Assembly: GCA_001004105.1 (NCBI GenBank)
Contig: LCQK01000001.1
Coordinates: 38,928 to 102,927, forward strand
Length of the DNA: 64,000 bases
From: Candidatus Jorgensenbacteria bacterium GW2011_GWB1_50_10
GTDB taxonomy: Bacteria > Patescibacteriota > Minisyncoccia > UBA6257 > GWB1-50-10
Reading direction: 5' to 3'
The notes below the pieces were generated by a model. It was not told the origin of the DNA. It made no database searches and saw only the letters and a program-made list of their open reading frames with translations. This document shows, one piece after another, positions 17,658 through 26,957 of the stretch (its first letter is position 1; each line of letters opens with the position of its first letter). The translations under genes and the position numbers were made by a program.

Positions 17658-18664
17658 TAAATAAGAGTGTTTCTAGAACTCAAGCCTAAATGTTTGTAAG
17701 CAGCCTCCGTCGCAATCCGGCCGAGCTGAGTTCTTTCCAAAAATCCGAGGCTCATAAGAAACGGTTCGTAAACTTCCTCCACCGCGTCCGGTTCGTCGTT
17801 TAGAGCGGCGGCAATGGCTTTGATGCCCACCGGCCCGCCGTTGAAACGCTTGATAATCGTCGTGAGTAGGTCGCGGTCGGTTTGTTCCAACCCCAATTTG
17901 TCGATTTCGAGAAGTTGCAGTGTTTTTTGGACCACCTCCTCGTCAATCACATCCCTCTTGTAGACCTGAGCGTAGTCCCGCGCTCGTTTCAATAGGCGGT
18001 TCGCGACACGGGGCGTAAAGCGCGAAGCGCGGGCGAGTTTTACAACCGCCTCCGGCGCGATTTTGATTTTCAAAATTTCGGCCGAGCGCCGGATGATTTT
18101 TTCAACGTCTTCCAGCCGGTAGTAATCGAGCCGCAGCACTGCCCCAAAGCGGGAACGCAAGGGACTGGAAATCAGATTAGTTCTTGTTGTCGCCGCAATC
18201 AAAGTGAATGGCGGCAGCTCCAAAGTGAGAGTCCGAGCCGATGGACCCTTGCCGATAATAAGATGGAGTCGCCGTGATTCCAGGGCCGGATACATTACTT
18301 CTTCCACCAGCTTGTTGATGCGGTGGGCCTCGTCAATGAAAAGAATTTCGTTGGGCTCCAGGTTGGATAAAATGGCGGCGACATCGCCGGCTTTTTCGAG
18401 GGCGGGACCCGAGGTCGCCCGGACGTTCACGCCCATTTCCTTGCCGATCAGATAAGCGAGGGTGGTTTTACCCAGACCCGCCTGGCCGCAAAAAAGGAGA
18501 TGGTCGCAGGATTCGCTCCGGCCTTTGGCCGCCTGCATGATGAGTTTCAGATTCGCCTTGATTTTTTCCTGGCCAACGTAATCTTCCCAGGCGGTCGGCC
18601 GGAGGGCGAGTTCCAATCCCTCGTCGTTCGCGTTTAACTCTTTTATGGGCGTTTTTTGGGTCAT
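17657..18664 (-). CDS. ruvB: Holliday junction branch migration helicase RuvB
   Basis: AAA+ Walker A GQAGLGKTTLA, Walker B ILFIDEAHR, sensor and winged-helix C-domain; strong overall RuvB similarity. Confidence 0.92.
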   Translation of the reverse strand: MTQKTPIKELNANDEGLELALRPTAWEDYVGQEKIKANLKLIMQAAKGRSESCDHLLFCGQAGLGKTTLAYLIGKEMGVNVRATSGPALEKAGDVAAILSNLEPNEILFIDEAHRINKLVEEVMYPALESRRLHLIIGKGPSARTLTLELPPFTLIAATTRTNLISSPLRSRFGAVLRLDYYRLEDVEKIIRRSAEILKIKIAPEAVVKLARASRFTPRVANRLLKRARDYAQVYKRDVIDEEVVQKTLQLLEIDKLGLEQTDRDLLTTIIKRFNGGPVGIKAIAAALNDEPDAVEEVYEPFLMSLGFLERTQLGRIATEAAYKHLGLSSRNTLI

Positions 18665-18704
18665 ATTGACAAATTAATAGATTTATGCTAAGGTTATGGC
18701 GGTT

Positions 18705-18867
18705 ATTCTGAAGATTGACCTGTGGGCAATGGGGTTAGATCCTTTTTAGGACGAGGCAGCCTCGGCTTTCTCTATCCATGGAGTTAACCTCGCTCTCTTC
18801 TCCTCGAGAAGAGTTTCTATAGGCCTTCATCGGCATATGCCCACAGATCCATCTTCGGAATGACCCT
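18705..18867 (+). ncRNA. Candidate structured small RNA (6S-like architecture?) in ruvB-gspE intergenic region
   Basis: 19-bp closing helix between 18710-18728 and 18838-18856 (17/19 pairs) enclosing ~110 nt with internal hairpins; immediately followed by a plus-strand intrinsic terminator although flanking genes are both minus-strand. Confidence 0.3.
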
Positions 18868-18899
18868 GCCTGCGCAAGCGGGCTTTTTTATTTTTTTAA
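18868..18899 (+). terminator. Intrinsic terminator: GCCTGC-GCAA-GCGGGC hairpin (GNRA loop) + TTTTTTATTTTTTT
   Basis: 6-bp stem with GCAA tetraloop followed by 14-nt T-rich run on plus strand. Confidence 0.5.
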
Positions 18900-20564
18900 C
18901 CAAAGAACCGGTCCGGTCGTCCGCTCCACTTCGTCAAAGCTCGTTATCCCTTCCAAAATTTTAAGGATGCCGTCTTCCTGCATCGTAACCAAACCCGCCG
19001 CTCTTGCCAAGCCCTTAAGCTCGATTTCGGTGGGATTTTTGTAGATTTCTTCTTCGATTTTATCGTCCACTACGAAAAGCTCGAAAATTGAGGTTCGGCC
19101 GCGGTAACCCAAGTTGCCGCACCTCTCGCAGCCCCGAGCTCCGTAAATTTTGAATTTTTCGTAGGGCTTTTTATCGACCCGCGCCGGCAAACGCCCGAGG
19201 AATTTTTTAATTGCCGCGGTGAGCTTTTCATCAAGGCGCATTTCTTTTTTGCAGTGTGGGCAGAGGACGCGGACAAGCCGCTGGGCGATGACTAAACTTA
19301 GGGCCGGTCCCAGAATTTGGGTTTTCGCGCCCAAATCAAGAAGCCGGGGGATGGCTCCTACAGCATCATTAGTGTGCAAGGTGGAGAAAACCAAGTGACC
19401 GGTCAAGGATGCATTCATGGCGATCTCTGCCGTTTCCTTGTCGCGGATTTCGCCGACCAGTATCACGTCCGGGTCCTGCCTCAAGATGGAGCGGAGACCC
19501 GAAGCGAAAGTGTAGCCGCTTCCCTGGTCAACTTGGGTTTGGGAGACGCCGGAGAGATGATATTCAATCGGGTCTTCAATGGTGATGATTTTGATTTCGG
19601 GATTTACAATTTTCCGCAGGAAAGCGTAGAGGGTCGTCGTTTTGCCGCTCCCGGTGGGACCGGTGTTTAAAATAAGGCCGTTCGGCTTCTCAAGCTCGGC
19701 TCTTACGATTTCCAAGTCGTCCTTGCGCCAGCCGAGTTCTTCAAGATTGACTTTGAGGGAACGAGGGTCCAAGAGCCGGAGCACAACCGTTTCGCCATAC
19801 TCTGAGGGAATGACCGAGGTCCGGATTTCAATGTCGCGGTCGGTAAGATTGATGGTGAAGCGGCCGTCCTGGGGCTGGTCCTGAATATTCAACTTTAAAT
19901 TGGAGAGAAGCTTGATTCTTGTCACCACCGATTTGTATTTAACTTCTTCCAATTTGTCGTAGGCAGTGTGAAGGAGGCCGTCCACCCGGAGTCGGAGAGT
20001 GCCGGTTAACTCCCCTGGTTCCAGATGAATGTCGGAAGCGGAAAGGGCCAAGGCGCCGGCCAATACTATTTCCAAAATTTCCGAAGTGTAGGGGCTTTCA
20101 AAAGTTTCTATTTTTTCGCTTAGGTTTTCAAGGGTTTTAATTTCCTCACCCAGTTTTTTCAAATTCTTTTCATTAATTTCCACCCGGCCGCTGATCTCCT
20201 TACTAACAGGCGTCACGTATTGGTAATAGCTCCAGGCGTGCTCAAGCCCGGTTTTAGAGACGATGACCACCTCCACTTCGTGCTCTTTTTTCAGTTCTTT
20301 GATTATGGTTTCCGCCTCGGGCAGCTCTGGGTCAAAGGCGGCGACCACGAGTTTTCGGGTGACTCTCTGGAGAGGAACCAAAAAGGCGGCTTTCGCTTTT
20401 TCTTCCGGGACGAGGGTCATGGCTTTGATTTCGGTTGGCACGTGAACAGAAATCAAATCAAGGTAGCGGAGACCCAATTTTTTCGCCCGGCGCTTGGCGT
20501 CCTCTTCTTCGGCCTTGCGCCTGCCTTTGCTAAGTTTTTCGAGTAGTTCTTTGGCGAGAGCCAT
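18888..20564 (-). CDS. GspE/PilB-family type II secretion / type IV pilus assembly ATPase
   Basis: Walker A NTGPTGSGKTTTLYAF, Asp box, His box, tetracysteine motif CPHC...CERCGNLGYRGR. Confidence 0.85.
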   Translation of the reverse strand: MALAKELLEKLSKGRRKAEEEDAKRRAKKLGLRYLDLISVHVPTEIKAMTLVPEEKAKAAFLVPLQRVTRKLVVAAFDPELPEAETIIKELKKEHEVEVVIVSKTGLEHAWSYYQYVTPVSKEISGRVEINEKNLKKLGEEIKTLENLSEKIETFESPYTSEILEIVLAGALALSASDIHLEPGELTGTLRLRVDGLLHTAYDKLEEVKYKSVVTRIKLLSNLKLNIQDQPQDGRFTINLTDRDIEIRTSVIPSEYGETVVLRLLDPRSLKVNLEELGWRKDDLEIVRAELEKPNGLILNTGPTGSGKTTTLYAFLRKIVNPEIKIITIEDPIEYHLSGVSQTQVDQGSGYTFASGLRSILRQDPDVILVGEIRDKETAEIAMNASLTGHLVFSTLHTNDAVGAIPRLLDLGAKTQILGPALSLVIAQRLVRVLCPHCKKEMRLDEKLTAAIKKFLGRLPARVDKKPYEKFKIYGARGCERCGNLGYRGRTSIFELFVVDDKIEEEIYKNPTEIELKGLARAAGLVTMQEDGILKILEGITSFDEVERTTGPVLWLKK

Positions 20565-20622
20565 TGCTTTTAGATTAGCTTTTTTAACCCCCGCTTACAA
20601 GATTTGTGGTTATAATTAGCTA

Positions 20623-21558
20623 ATGCCTGAACTACCCGAAGTAGAAACTATCGCCCGTGGTTTGAACCGGAAACTCCGGGGAAGAAAAATCACCGGTCTT
20701 TGGACCGATTGGCCGAAGTATTTCAAGCGCCCCTCGGGGGAAGCCGCTTTCCGGCGCCACATTACGGCCAAAAAAATTACGGGTGTTTCAAGACGGGCCA
20801 AAAACATTTTTATTCATCTCTCCGACCCGCTTCGCCCGCGAAGCGAGGCGAGCGACCATCTCCTTTTAGTCCACCAGAAGATGACCGGCCACCTGATGGT
20901 GGGCAAATGGAAGCCTTTCAAAGAACAAAAAGTTGGAGAAGTCTGGGCCGGGCAGAAATGGATTCCCGACCCCGCTCGGGGTCCCTTAATGGACCCGATG
21001 AACAGATTTATCCGGCTGATTTTTTTTCTGGACAATAAAGAAATGCTTGCTCTCTCCGACTTGCGGCGGTTCGCCAAAGTTCTCTGCGGCCCGGAAGAGG
21101 AGATTTTGGATTCGGCCGATATCAAAAAGCTTGGTCCGGAGCCGCTTGATGAAAAATTTGGTTATCCGAAATTCCGGGAGCTTTTTAAGAATAAAAAAGG
21201 CAGAATCAAACAGGTCCTGATGGACCAGAATTTTATCTCCGGCATCGGCAATATTTATGCCGACGAAATCCTATGGCTTTCTAAAATACACCCGCAAAAG
21301 AGCGTGGAAGACCTGAAAGAAAAGGATTTGAGAATTATTTTCAAAAACACGAGGTTCATCCTGAAAAAAGCGCTCCGCCTGCGGGGAACTTCCATAGATG
21401 ATTACCGCGACGCCGAAGGCCGCCGGGGCGGCTACGACAAGGTCCGCTACGTTTACCAGCGGGAGGACGAACCCTGCCCGCGCTGCGGAACGGAAATAAA
21501 GCGCCTTAAAATCGGCGGCCGGTCGGCTCATTTTTGTCCTAAATGCCAAAAAGTTTAA
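20623..21558 (+). CDS. mutM: Formamidopyrimidine-DNA glycosylase (Fpg/MutM)
   Basis: N-terminal MPELPEVE (catalytic Pro2/Glu3), H2TH domain, C-terminal zinc finger CPRCG...CPKCQ. Confidence 0.88.
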   Translation: MPELPEVETIARGLNRKLRGRKITGLWTDWPKYFKRPSGEAAFRRHITAKKITGVSRRAKNIFIHLSDPLRPRSEASDHLLLVHQKMTGHLMVGKWKPFKEQKVGEVWAGQKWIPDPARGPLMDPMNRFIRLIFFLDNKEMLALSDLRRFAKVLCGPEEEILDSADIKKLGPEPLDEKFGYPKFRELFKNKKGRIKQVLMDQNFISGIGNIYADEILWLSKIHPQKSVEDLKEKDLRIIFKNTRFILKKALRLRGTSIDDYRDAEGRRGGYDKVRYVYQREDEPCPRCGTEIKRLKIGGRSAHFCPKCQKV

Positions 21559-21567
21559 AATAGGGAA

Positions 21568-22374
21568 ATGGTTTTCTTTCTTTACGGAGATGATTCATTC
21601 CGCCGCGGAGAGCGCCTCCGGGGACTCATTGCGCCCTACCGGGCCAAATATGCAAGTTTGGATTTACTCTCCGTTGATTTGGAGGACGAACCGGATAGTT
21701 GGCTAAAAGCGAGAGATTTCTTGAATCAACCATCCATGTTCGTTGAATCAAAAGTCGCCGTTCTAAAAGAGGCAACCGCCGTTTTGGATAAAGAATGGGT
21801 GAAAACCATAAAAGGTCAAATTGGCGCTCCTAAAACTTTCACTTTTATATCCCAAAAGAAAGCGCCCCCGAAAGATTTTAATTTTCTCCTTGAGCCGCCC
21901 GTTAAATCCCAAAAATTCAACGAACTCTCTCTCCGCGAGCTCGAGGGTCTCTTGAAAAGAGAGCTCAAAGCGAGGAATCTTGATTTTTCACCGGAGGCCT
22001 TTCGCTTTTTTTTCTCTTACATTGAGTCATCAGCCGAGAAGACCGCCCTTGCCTCGTCCGAACTCGAAAAGATGAGTTTGATGGACTTGGAGAAACCCAC
22101 ACCGCTTGAGGCGCTCCGGGAAATCGTCGCTTGGAGAACAGGCACGGAGGCCTATGTTTTGGCCTCCGAAATTCTGCGCCTTAAAGATTTCCGTTTGAAA
22201 TTGAAATCCTTGGAAAAACTCCTCTTGGGAGAAGACCCTTATTACGCTTTCAATTCCCTGGCCTATCAGGCGAGAGGCGCCTCGGCTTTAGCTCTTGCCG
22301 ATTACGACGTTTCCATAAAAAGCGGCGGTCTGGAGCAGGCCGAGGCACTCTTAGACTTTGTCCTGAGCCCCTGA
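21568..22374 (+). CDS. holA: DNA polymerase III delta subunit-like (HolA)
   Basis: N-terminus MVFFLYGDDSFRRGERLRGL resembles HolA start (MIYLLYGED.F..); size 268 aa; family assignment moderate. Confidence 0.55.
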   Translation: MVFFLYGDDSFRRGERLRGLIAPYRAKYASLDLLSVDLEDEPDSWLKARDFLNQPSMFVESKVAVLKEATAVLDKEWVKTIKGQIGAPKTFTFISQKKAPPKDFNFLLEPPVKSQKFNELSLRELEGLLKRELKARNLDFSPEAFRFFFSYIESSAEKTALASSELEKMSLMDLEKPTPLEALREIVAWRTGTEAYVLASEILRLKDFRLKLKSLEKLLLGEDPYYAFNSLAYQARGASALALADYDVSIKSGGLEQAEALLDFVLSP

Positions 22375-22635
22375 TTAACTCTTCGCCAGTTTCTTTGCGA
22401 GACGTGATTTTAACCGATTAGCTTTATTAGGCTTAATAAACCCAACCTTGGCCATTTTATCGAGAGTTTTGTAAATCTTAGGCAGTATAACCTTGGCTTC
22501 GGTTAGTTTTTTCCCCTCGAGAAACCCACGGTAAGATTTAATTGCTTCCTTGATTTTGTCCTTGCGGAGAAGATTTTGTTTGCGCCGCCTTATGTTTTGA
22601 CGAAGCGCTTTTTTGGCTGATTTAATTTTTGGCAT
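22375..22635 (-). CDS. rpsT: 30S ribosomal protein S20
   Basis: MPKIKSAKKALRQNIRRRKQN...helical basic protein, 86 aa. Confidence 0.88.
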   Translation of the reverse strand: MPKIKSAKKALRQNIRRRKQNLLRKDKIKEAIKSYRGFLEGKKLTEAKVILPKIYKTLDKMAKVGFIKPNKANRLKSRLAKKLAKS

Positions 22636-22672
22636 GCCGTTTTATTAAAACTGACGAGCGGAGCAAAGTCAA

Positions 22673-22762
22673 GTTTTATCATAAAACGAGCACCCTGTTA
22701 GATGGCGCTTTGCGCCTATCTAACGGGGTAACCCCAGTGAGATAGCCTTGCATCTCACGGGG
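22673..22762. promoter_or_regulatory. Cluster of three stable hairpins in the rpsT/ruvA divergent intergenic region (candidate leader/attenuator or sRNA)
   Basis: Hairpins gtttta-tca-taaaac (22673-22687), ccctgttagatggcgc-tttg-gcgcctatctaacgggg (22693-22728), accccagtgagat-agccttgc-atctcacggggt (22731-22762). Confidence 0.3.
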
Positions 22763-22837
22763 TAAGGGTTTGGCAGCCGCTCAAACTTCGCCTACGGCTC
22801 GTTTTCGCGGGCCAAGCCCTTTATAATAAAGAAACCA

Positions 22838-23431
22838 ATGATTTATTCCGTCTCCGGAAAAATTGTAAGTCGCGGCGAAGGTTTTTTTGTGCTTGACGCA
22901 GGCGGCGAGAACGGCGGTCTCTGCTTTAAAATCTTCACGAACGGGAGGACTCTGGACCGGTTGCCTAGGGAAGGCGGCCAGGCCCGGATTTTCACCTTTC
23001 TTTATATCCGCGAAGAGCGGCTGGAACTTTACGGATTTTTGGAAGAACAAGCTCTCCGTCTTTTTGAGATATTGAACACCGTTGCGGGCGTGGGGCCGAG
23101 AACCGCCCTGGGTGTTTTGGATACCGACGAAGTTCCCAATATCATGGCGGCAATCGTTGAACGGAAGACGGAATTTTTGACCAAAGCTTCCGGCATCGGC
23201 CGGAAGACGGCCGAACGAGTAATTTTGGAACTTCAGGGGCGAATCAAATTACCGGCCTCGAAGACACTCACCGAAAAGATGACGCTTGATGCCGAAGTGG
23301 AGGAAGCGCTCGTGAGCTTGGGTTATGGAAGATCCGACATAAGACGGGCGCTGCCCTCGATTGATTCGGAAGCAAAGACCCTGGAAGCGAGATTAAAAGA
23401 TGTCCTAAAATTTCTAGGAAGAAGGCATTGA
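22838..23431 (+). CDS. ruvA: Holliday junction DNA helicase RuvA
   Basis: MIYSVSGKIV...FVLDAGG... OB-fold N-domain, HhH motifs (LNTVAGVGPRTALGVL), C-terminal RuvB-interaction domain. Confidence 0.88.
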   Translation: MIYSVSGKIVSRGEGFFVLDAGGENGGLCFKIFTNGRTLDRLPREGGQARIFTFLYIREERLELYGFLEEQALRLFEILNTVAGVGPRTALGVLDTDEVPNIMAAIVERKTEFLTKASGIGRKTAERVILELQGRIKLPASKTLTEKMTLDAEVEEALVSLGYGRSDIRRALPSIDSEAKTLEARLKDVLKFLGRRH

Positions 23432-24654
23432 AGACGATGCGCAATTTTTATCATCTTGTTTTGGCTTTTTTGGGAAGCCTGATTTACGGCGCGCCCTCGA
23501 AAAAAATAACGGTCGTGGGCGTGACCGGCACGAAGGGTAAATCTCTGACCCTCCAAATTTTGGATTCGATTTTGGAATCGGCGGGGCGCAAAACCGCCCT
23601 CCTTTCCTCGGTTTGGATGAAGACCGGGGAGCACCTGGAGAATAATCCATTTTCCAACACCATGCCCGGCCGGGGTCTTATCCAGAAATTCCTGAAAAAG
23701 GCGGTTTTGGCTGGCTGCGAAATAGCGTTGGTGGAAGTCACCTCCGAGGGCGTCGTCCAGAACCGGCACCGTTTCATTGATTGGGACGCGGCTATTTTCC
23801 TTAATATCCACCCAGAACACATTGAAACCCACGGCGGTTTTGAAAATTACCGCGAAGCGAAGCTCCGGTTTTTCAGGGATTTGCGGCATTCAGCGAAACC
23901 CAGGAAGTACTTCGTAATAAACAGCGACGACGAGAACCGCGCTTATTTTACGGCGGCCGCAGGAGGCGTCCCGGGGGGAGAAATTCGGTTTTTTCGGCGC
24001 AAGGAAGCCGAGCCGCTTGTGAGAAAAATAAAAGAAAAAAAACCGGATTGGCTTACGGCTTCTTTCGTTCTGGAAGACGTGGCGGCGGCGGCGGAAACGG
24101 CGGAAGTGCTCGGCGTGGACGCTGAAAAAATCATTGAAGGACTGAACAATTTCCGGGGCTTGAGGGGCCGGTTGGATTTCATCCAAAAGAAGCCGTTTGC
24201 GGTTGTCGTTGACTACGCCCACACGCCCGATTCTTTGCGGGCGGTCTACGTTGCCCTGCGGCGTCAAGTGCCAAAAGTTAAAGGTCATAAGTTAATTTGC
24301 GTTCTGGGTTCGGCGGGCGGCGGCCGCGACAAGTGGAAGCGGCCGGAGCTCGGCAGAATCGCTGGCGATTACTGCGATAAGGTGATTCTCACGGGCGAAG
24401 ACCCTTATGACGAAAATCCCGAAGAAATTATGAAGGCGATTGAAGCCGGCATTCCCGCGGCTAAGGCGAAAAACGTTTCGAAAATAAGCGACCGGCGGGA
24501 AGCGCTCAGGGCAGCGGTGAGGAACGCAAAGAGAGGTGACCTCGTCGTTTCAACCGGCATGGGAAGCCAGGAATGGTTTTACGGTCCGCGCGGCGCGAAG
24601 ATTCCCTGGGATGAGCGCAAGATTATTGAAGAAATATTGAAGAACAAGAGGTGA
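23428..24654 (+). CDS. Mur ligase family protein (MurE-like UDP-MurNAc-tripeptide synthetase), N-terminal membrane anchor
   Basis: ATP-binding VVGVTGTKGKSLT, Mur ligase motif DYAHTPDSL; 408 aa. Confidence 0.6.
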   Translation: MKTMRNFYHLVLAFLGSLIYGAPSKKITVVGVTGTKGKSLTLQILDSILESAGRKTALLSSVWMKTGEHLENNPFSNTMPGRGLIQKFLKKAVLAGCEIALVEVTSEGVVQNRHRFIDWDAAIFLNIHPEHIETHGGFENYREAKLRFFRDLRHSAKPRKYFVINSDDENRAYFTAAAGGVPGGEIRFFRRKEAEPLVRKIKEKKPDWLTASFVLEDVAAAAETAEVLGVDAEKIIEGLNNFRGLRGRLDFIQKKPFAVVVDYAHTPDSLRAVYVALRRQVPKVKGHKLICVLGSAGGGRDKWKRPELGRIAGDYCDKVILTGEDPYDENPEEIMKAIEAGIPAAKAKNVSKISDRREALRAAVRNAKRGDLVVSTGMGSQEWFYGPRGAKIPWDERKIIEEILKNKR

Positions 24655-24667
24655 TATAATTTTAACG

Positions 24668-26023
24668 ATGAAACTCACTTTTTGGGGCGGCGCAAAGATG
24701 GTGACGGGCGCCAATTACTTGCTTGAGTCCGGCGGCACGAAAATTTTAATTGATTGCGGTCTTCATCAAGGTTCGCGCTACTGCGAGCGCCACAATTTTG
24801 AACCATTCCCTTACAAACCAGAAGAGATTACCGCGGTTTTTGTCACTCACGCTCATATCGACCACATCGGCCGGCTGCCGTCGCTCTATCGGGCCGGTTT
24901 TCGGGGTGAAATATATTCGACCGGCCCGACCAAGGATTTCGCCGAGCTCCTGCTTTTGGACTCGGAACACATTTTAAGAAGAGAAGCAGAGCGCGAAAAA
25001 AAGCCGCCGCTTTACGATACAAATGATGTTGTGCAAACGATGGGTCTCTGGAGAAAGCAGAGTTACCACGAGAAAGTGACGGTCGGGCCGTATGAAATTG
25101 AATTTTACGATGCCGGCCACATCCTCGGTTCAAGTTCGCTCGTTGTGAAAACTGAAGGAAAAACAGCGGTTTTCTCGGGTGATTTGGGTAATACGCCGGC
25201 GCCGCTCATCAAACCCGTTGAATACGTGAAGGAGGCAAATTACGCCTTAGTTGAATCGGTCTACGGCGGCAGAGTTCATGAGCGTCCCGAGGCGAGAAAA
25301 GACCAGCTTGAGAATTTGATTGAGGACATAGTGAAGTCCGGCGGCACGCTTATGATTCCGTCCTTTGCTTTGGAGCGGACCCAGGAGCTCCTCACGGAAT
25401 TGAACGAACTCGTCGAGAACGGCCGCATTCCGCGGGTGCCGATTTTTATTGACAGCCCCCTCGCCATCCGGCTCACCAGCGTCTATCAGAAATATTCAAC
25501 CGACCCGCGCTACTTTAACAAAGAAGCAATTGCCGCGATTCAGGGGGGAGACGCAATTTTCAATTTTGCTGGGCTCAAGATGACTTTGACGACGGAGCAA
25601 TCCAAAGAAATAAATAACGTTCCGCCGCCGAAAGTGATTGTCGCGGGGGCCGGCATGTCAAATGGCGGAAGAATTTTGCACCACGAACAAAGATATTTGT
25701 CCGACCCTAAAAGTGCCATTCTTTTCATTGGTTATCAGGCCAAAGGCTCCTTAGGTCGTGAGATTTTGGACGGTGCGGATTCCGTAAAGATTTACGGTGA
25801 AGAGATTCCAGTCCGGTGCAAAAAAGTGGCAATCGGTGGATATTCGGCTCATGCCGACCAACCTCAGCTTTTGCGGTGGGCTTCGAGCATGCGGGGGAGT
25901 TTAAAAAAAATATTCGTGGTCCAGGGCGAAGAAAAGGAGGCCGGAGCCCTTGCCCAAAAAATAAAAGACGAACTGGCGATTGAAGCGGAAATTCCTTCGC
26001 TTGGCGAGGAAGCGGTGTTATAA
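24668..26023 (+). CDS. Metallo-beta-lactamase / beta-CASP family ribonuclease
   Basis: HxHxDH motif VTHAHIDHIG, beta-CASP region motifs; ~450 aa. Confidence 0.7.
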   Translation: MKLTFWGGAKMVTGANYLLESGGTKILIDCGLHQGSRYCERHNFEPFPYKPEEITAVFVTHAHIDHIGRLPSLYRAGFRGEIYSTGPTKDFAELLLLDSEHILRREAEREKKPPLYDTNDVVQTMGLWRKQSYHEKVTVGPYEIEFYDAGHILGSSSLVVKTEGKTAVFSGDLGNTPAPLIKPVEYVKEANYALVESVYGGRVHERPEARKDQLENLIEDIVKSGGTLMIPSFALERTQELLTELNELVENGRIPRVPIFIDSPLAIRLTSVYQKYSTDPRYFNKEAIAAIQGGDAIFNFAGLKMTLTTEQSKEINNVPPPKVIVAGAGMSNGGRILHHEQRYLSDPKSAILFIGYQAKGSLGREILDGADSVKIYGEEIPVRCKKVAIGGYSAHADQPQLLRWASSMRGSLKKIFVVQGEEKEAGALAQKIKDELAIEAEIPSLGEEAVL

Positions 26024-26036
26024 TTTAAATACCAAC

Positions 26037-26654
26037 ATGCCGAAGAAAGAGACGTCCATTATTAATCACAACCACGGTTACCGCTTGAAATACAAAATCT
26101 GCGTCTCGGGGGCGGCCGAAACCGGCCATTGCGTCGCGGAGGCCCTGGAGAGAGCTGAAGAGATAGGGCGGGAAATCGCGAAGCGCGGTTTGGTGCTCGT
26201 CACCGGTGCCACAACCGGCATTCCTTACTGGGCGGCCAAGGGCGCGAAAGCCGAAGGCGGCATTGTCATCGGCATTTCGCCGGCCGCCACCAAACTTCAG
26301 CACGTTAAAACTTACCGCTTACCGGTTGATTATCATGATCTTATTATTTACACCGGGTTTGAGTACGCGGGCCGGAACCTTCTTCTCACGCGGGCAGCGG
26401 ATGCCGTTATTACTCTTTGCGGCCGCATCGGCACCTTAAACGAATTCACCGACGCCTTTGAGGACCAGAAACCCCAGGGTGTGCTTCTCGGCACTGGCGG
26501 CACCACCGAGCTCCTGCCGGAAATCATTGAGAAAGCCCACCGGGGAAGCGGCAAGGTAATTTTTGCCCGCGAACCCAAAGACCTTATTGATAAACTTCTC
26601 AATTTAATTGAGAGTGAAGAGGCCAAAAACGGCATCAAAGGTCGGGTAATTTAG
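26037..26654 (+). CDS. TIGR00725/LOG-like Rossmann-fold protein (start corrected to MPKKETS at 26037; track ORF from 25980 overlaps upstream gene)
   Basis: Motifs ICVSGAAETGH...LVTGATTGIPYWAAKGA...PVDYHDLIIYTGFEYAGRN typical of LOG/SLOG family. Confidence 0.6.
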   Translation: MPKKETSIINHNHGYRLKYKICVSGAAETGHCVAEALERAEEIGREIAKRGLVLVTGATTGIPYWAAKGAKAEGGIVIGISPAATKLQHVKTYRLPVDYHDLIIYTGFEYAGRNLLLTRAADAVITLCGRIGTLNEFTDAFEDQKPQGVLLGTGGTTELLPEIIEKAHRGSGKVIFAREPKDLIDKLLNLIESEEAKNGIKGRVI

Positions 26655-26663
26655 CTAATTAAA

Positions 26664-26948
26664 ATGGGATTTTTTTCAGGTTTATTTTCCAAAAAATCCG
26701 AAGGGCCGCAGCCAATCGGCGAAGTGACTCATTACTACGGCGGCTTGGGCGTGGCGATTGTTAAATTTCACCGTCCCGTGAAAGTCGGTGAAAGAGTGAA
26801 TTTTAAGGGAGCGACCACGGATTTCAAGGAAACAATCAAATCAATGCAGTTTGACCACCAGGACGTTATGGAGGCCAAAAAGAATCAGGAGGTAGGCATC
26901 AAAGTCGGCAATAAGGTGAGGGAAGGCGACCACGTTTACGAGGCCTAA
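26664..26948 (+). CDS. Small hypothetical protein (possible beta-barrel, EF-Tu domain-2-like)
   Basis: 94 aa ORF in operon context; no confident family. Confidence 0.4.
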   Translation: MGFFSGLFSKKSEGPQPIGEVTHYYGGLGVAIVKFHRPVKVGERVNFKGATTDFKETIKSMQFDHQDVMEAKKNQEVGIKVGNKVREGDHVYEA

Positions 26949-26957
26949 AGTCTTTTA

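Noticed and set aside
22781-23050. 89-aa minus-strand ORF overlapping the ruvA start and the hairpin cluster
   Set aside because: It is antisense to a well-supported ruvA N-terminus, lies in a structured spacer, and has no homology pattern. Spurious.
25980-26036. Track start of LOG-like ORF at 25980
   Set aside because: It overlaps the beta-CASP RNase gene by 44 nt, and the N-terminal 19 residues are basic and low-complexity. The internal MPKKETS at 26037 sits 14 nt after the upstream stop.
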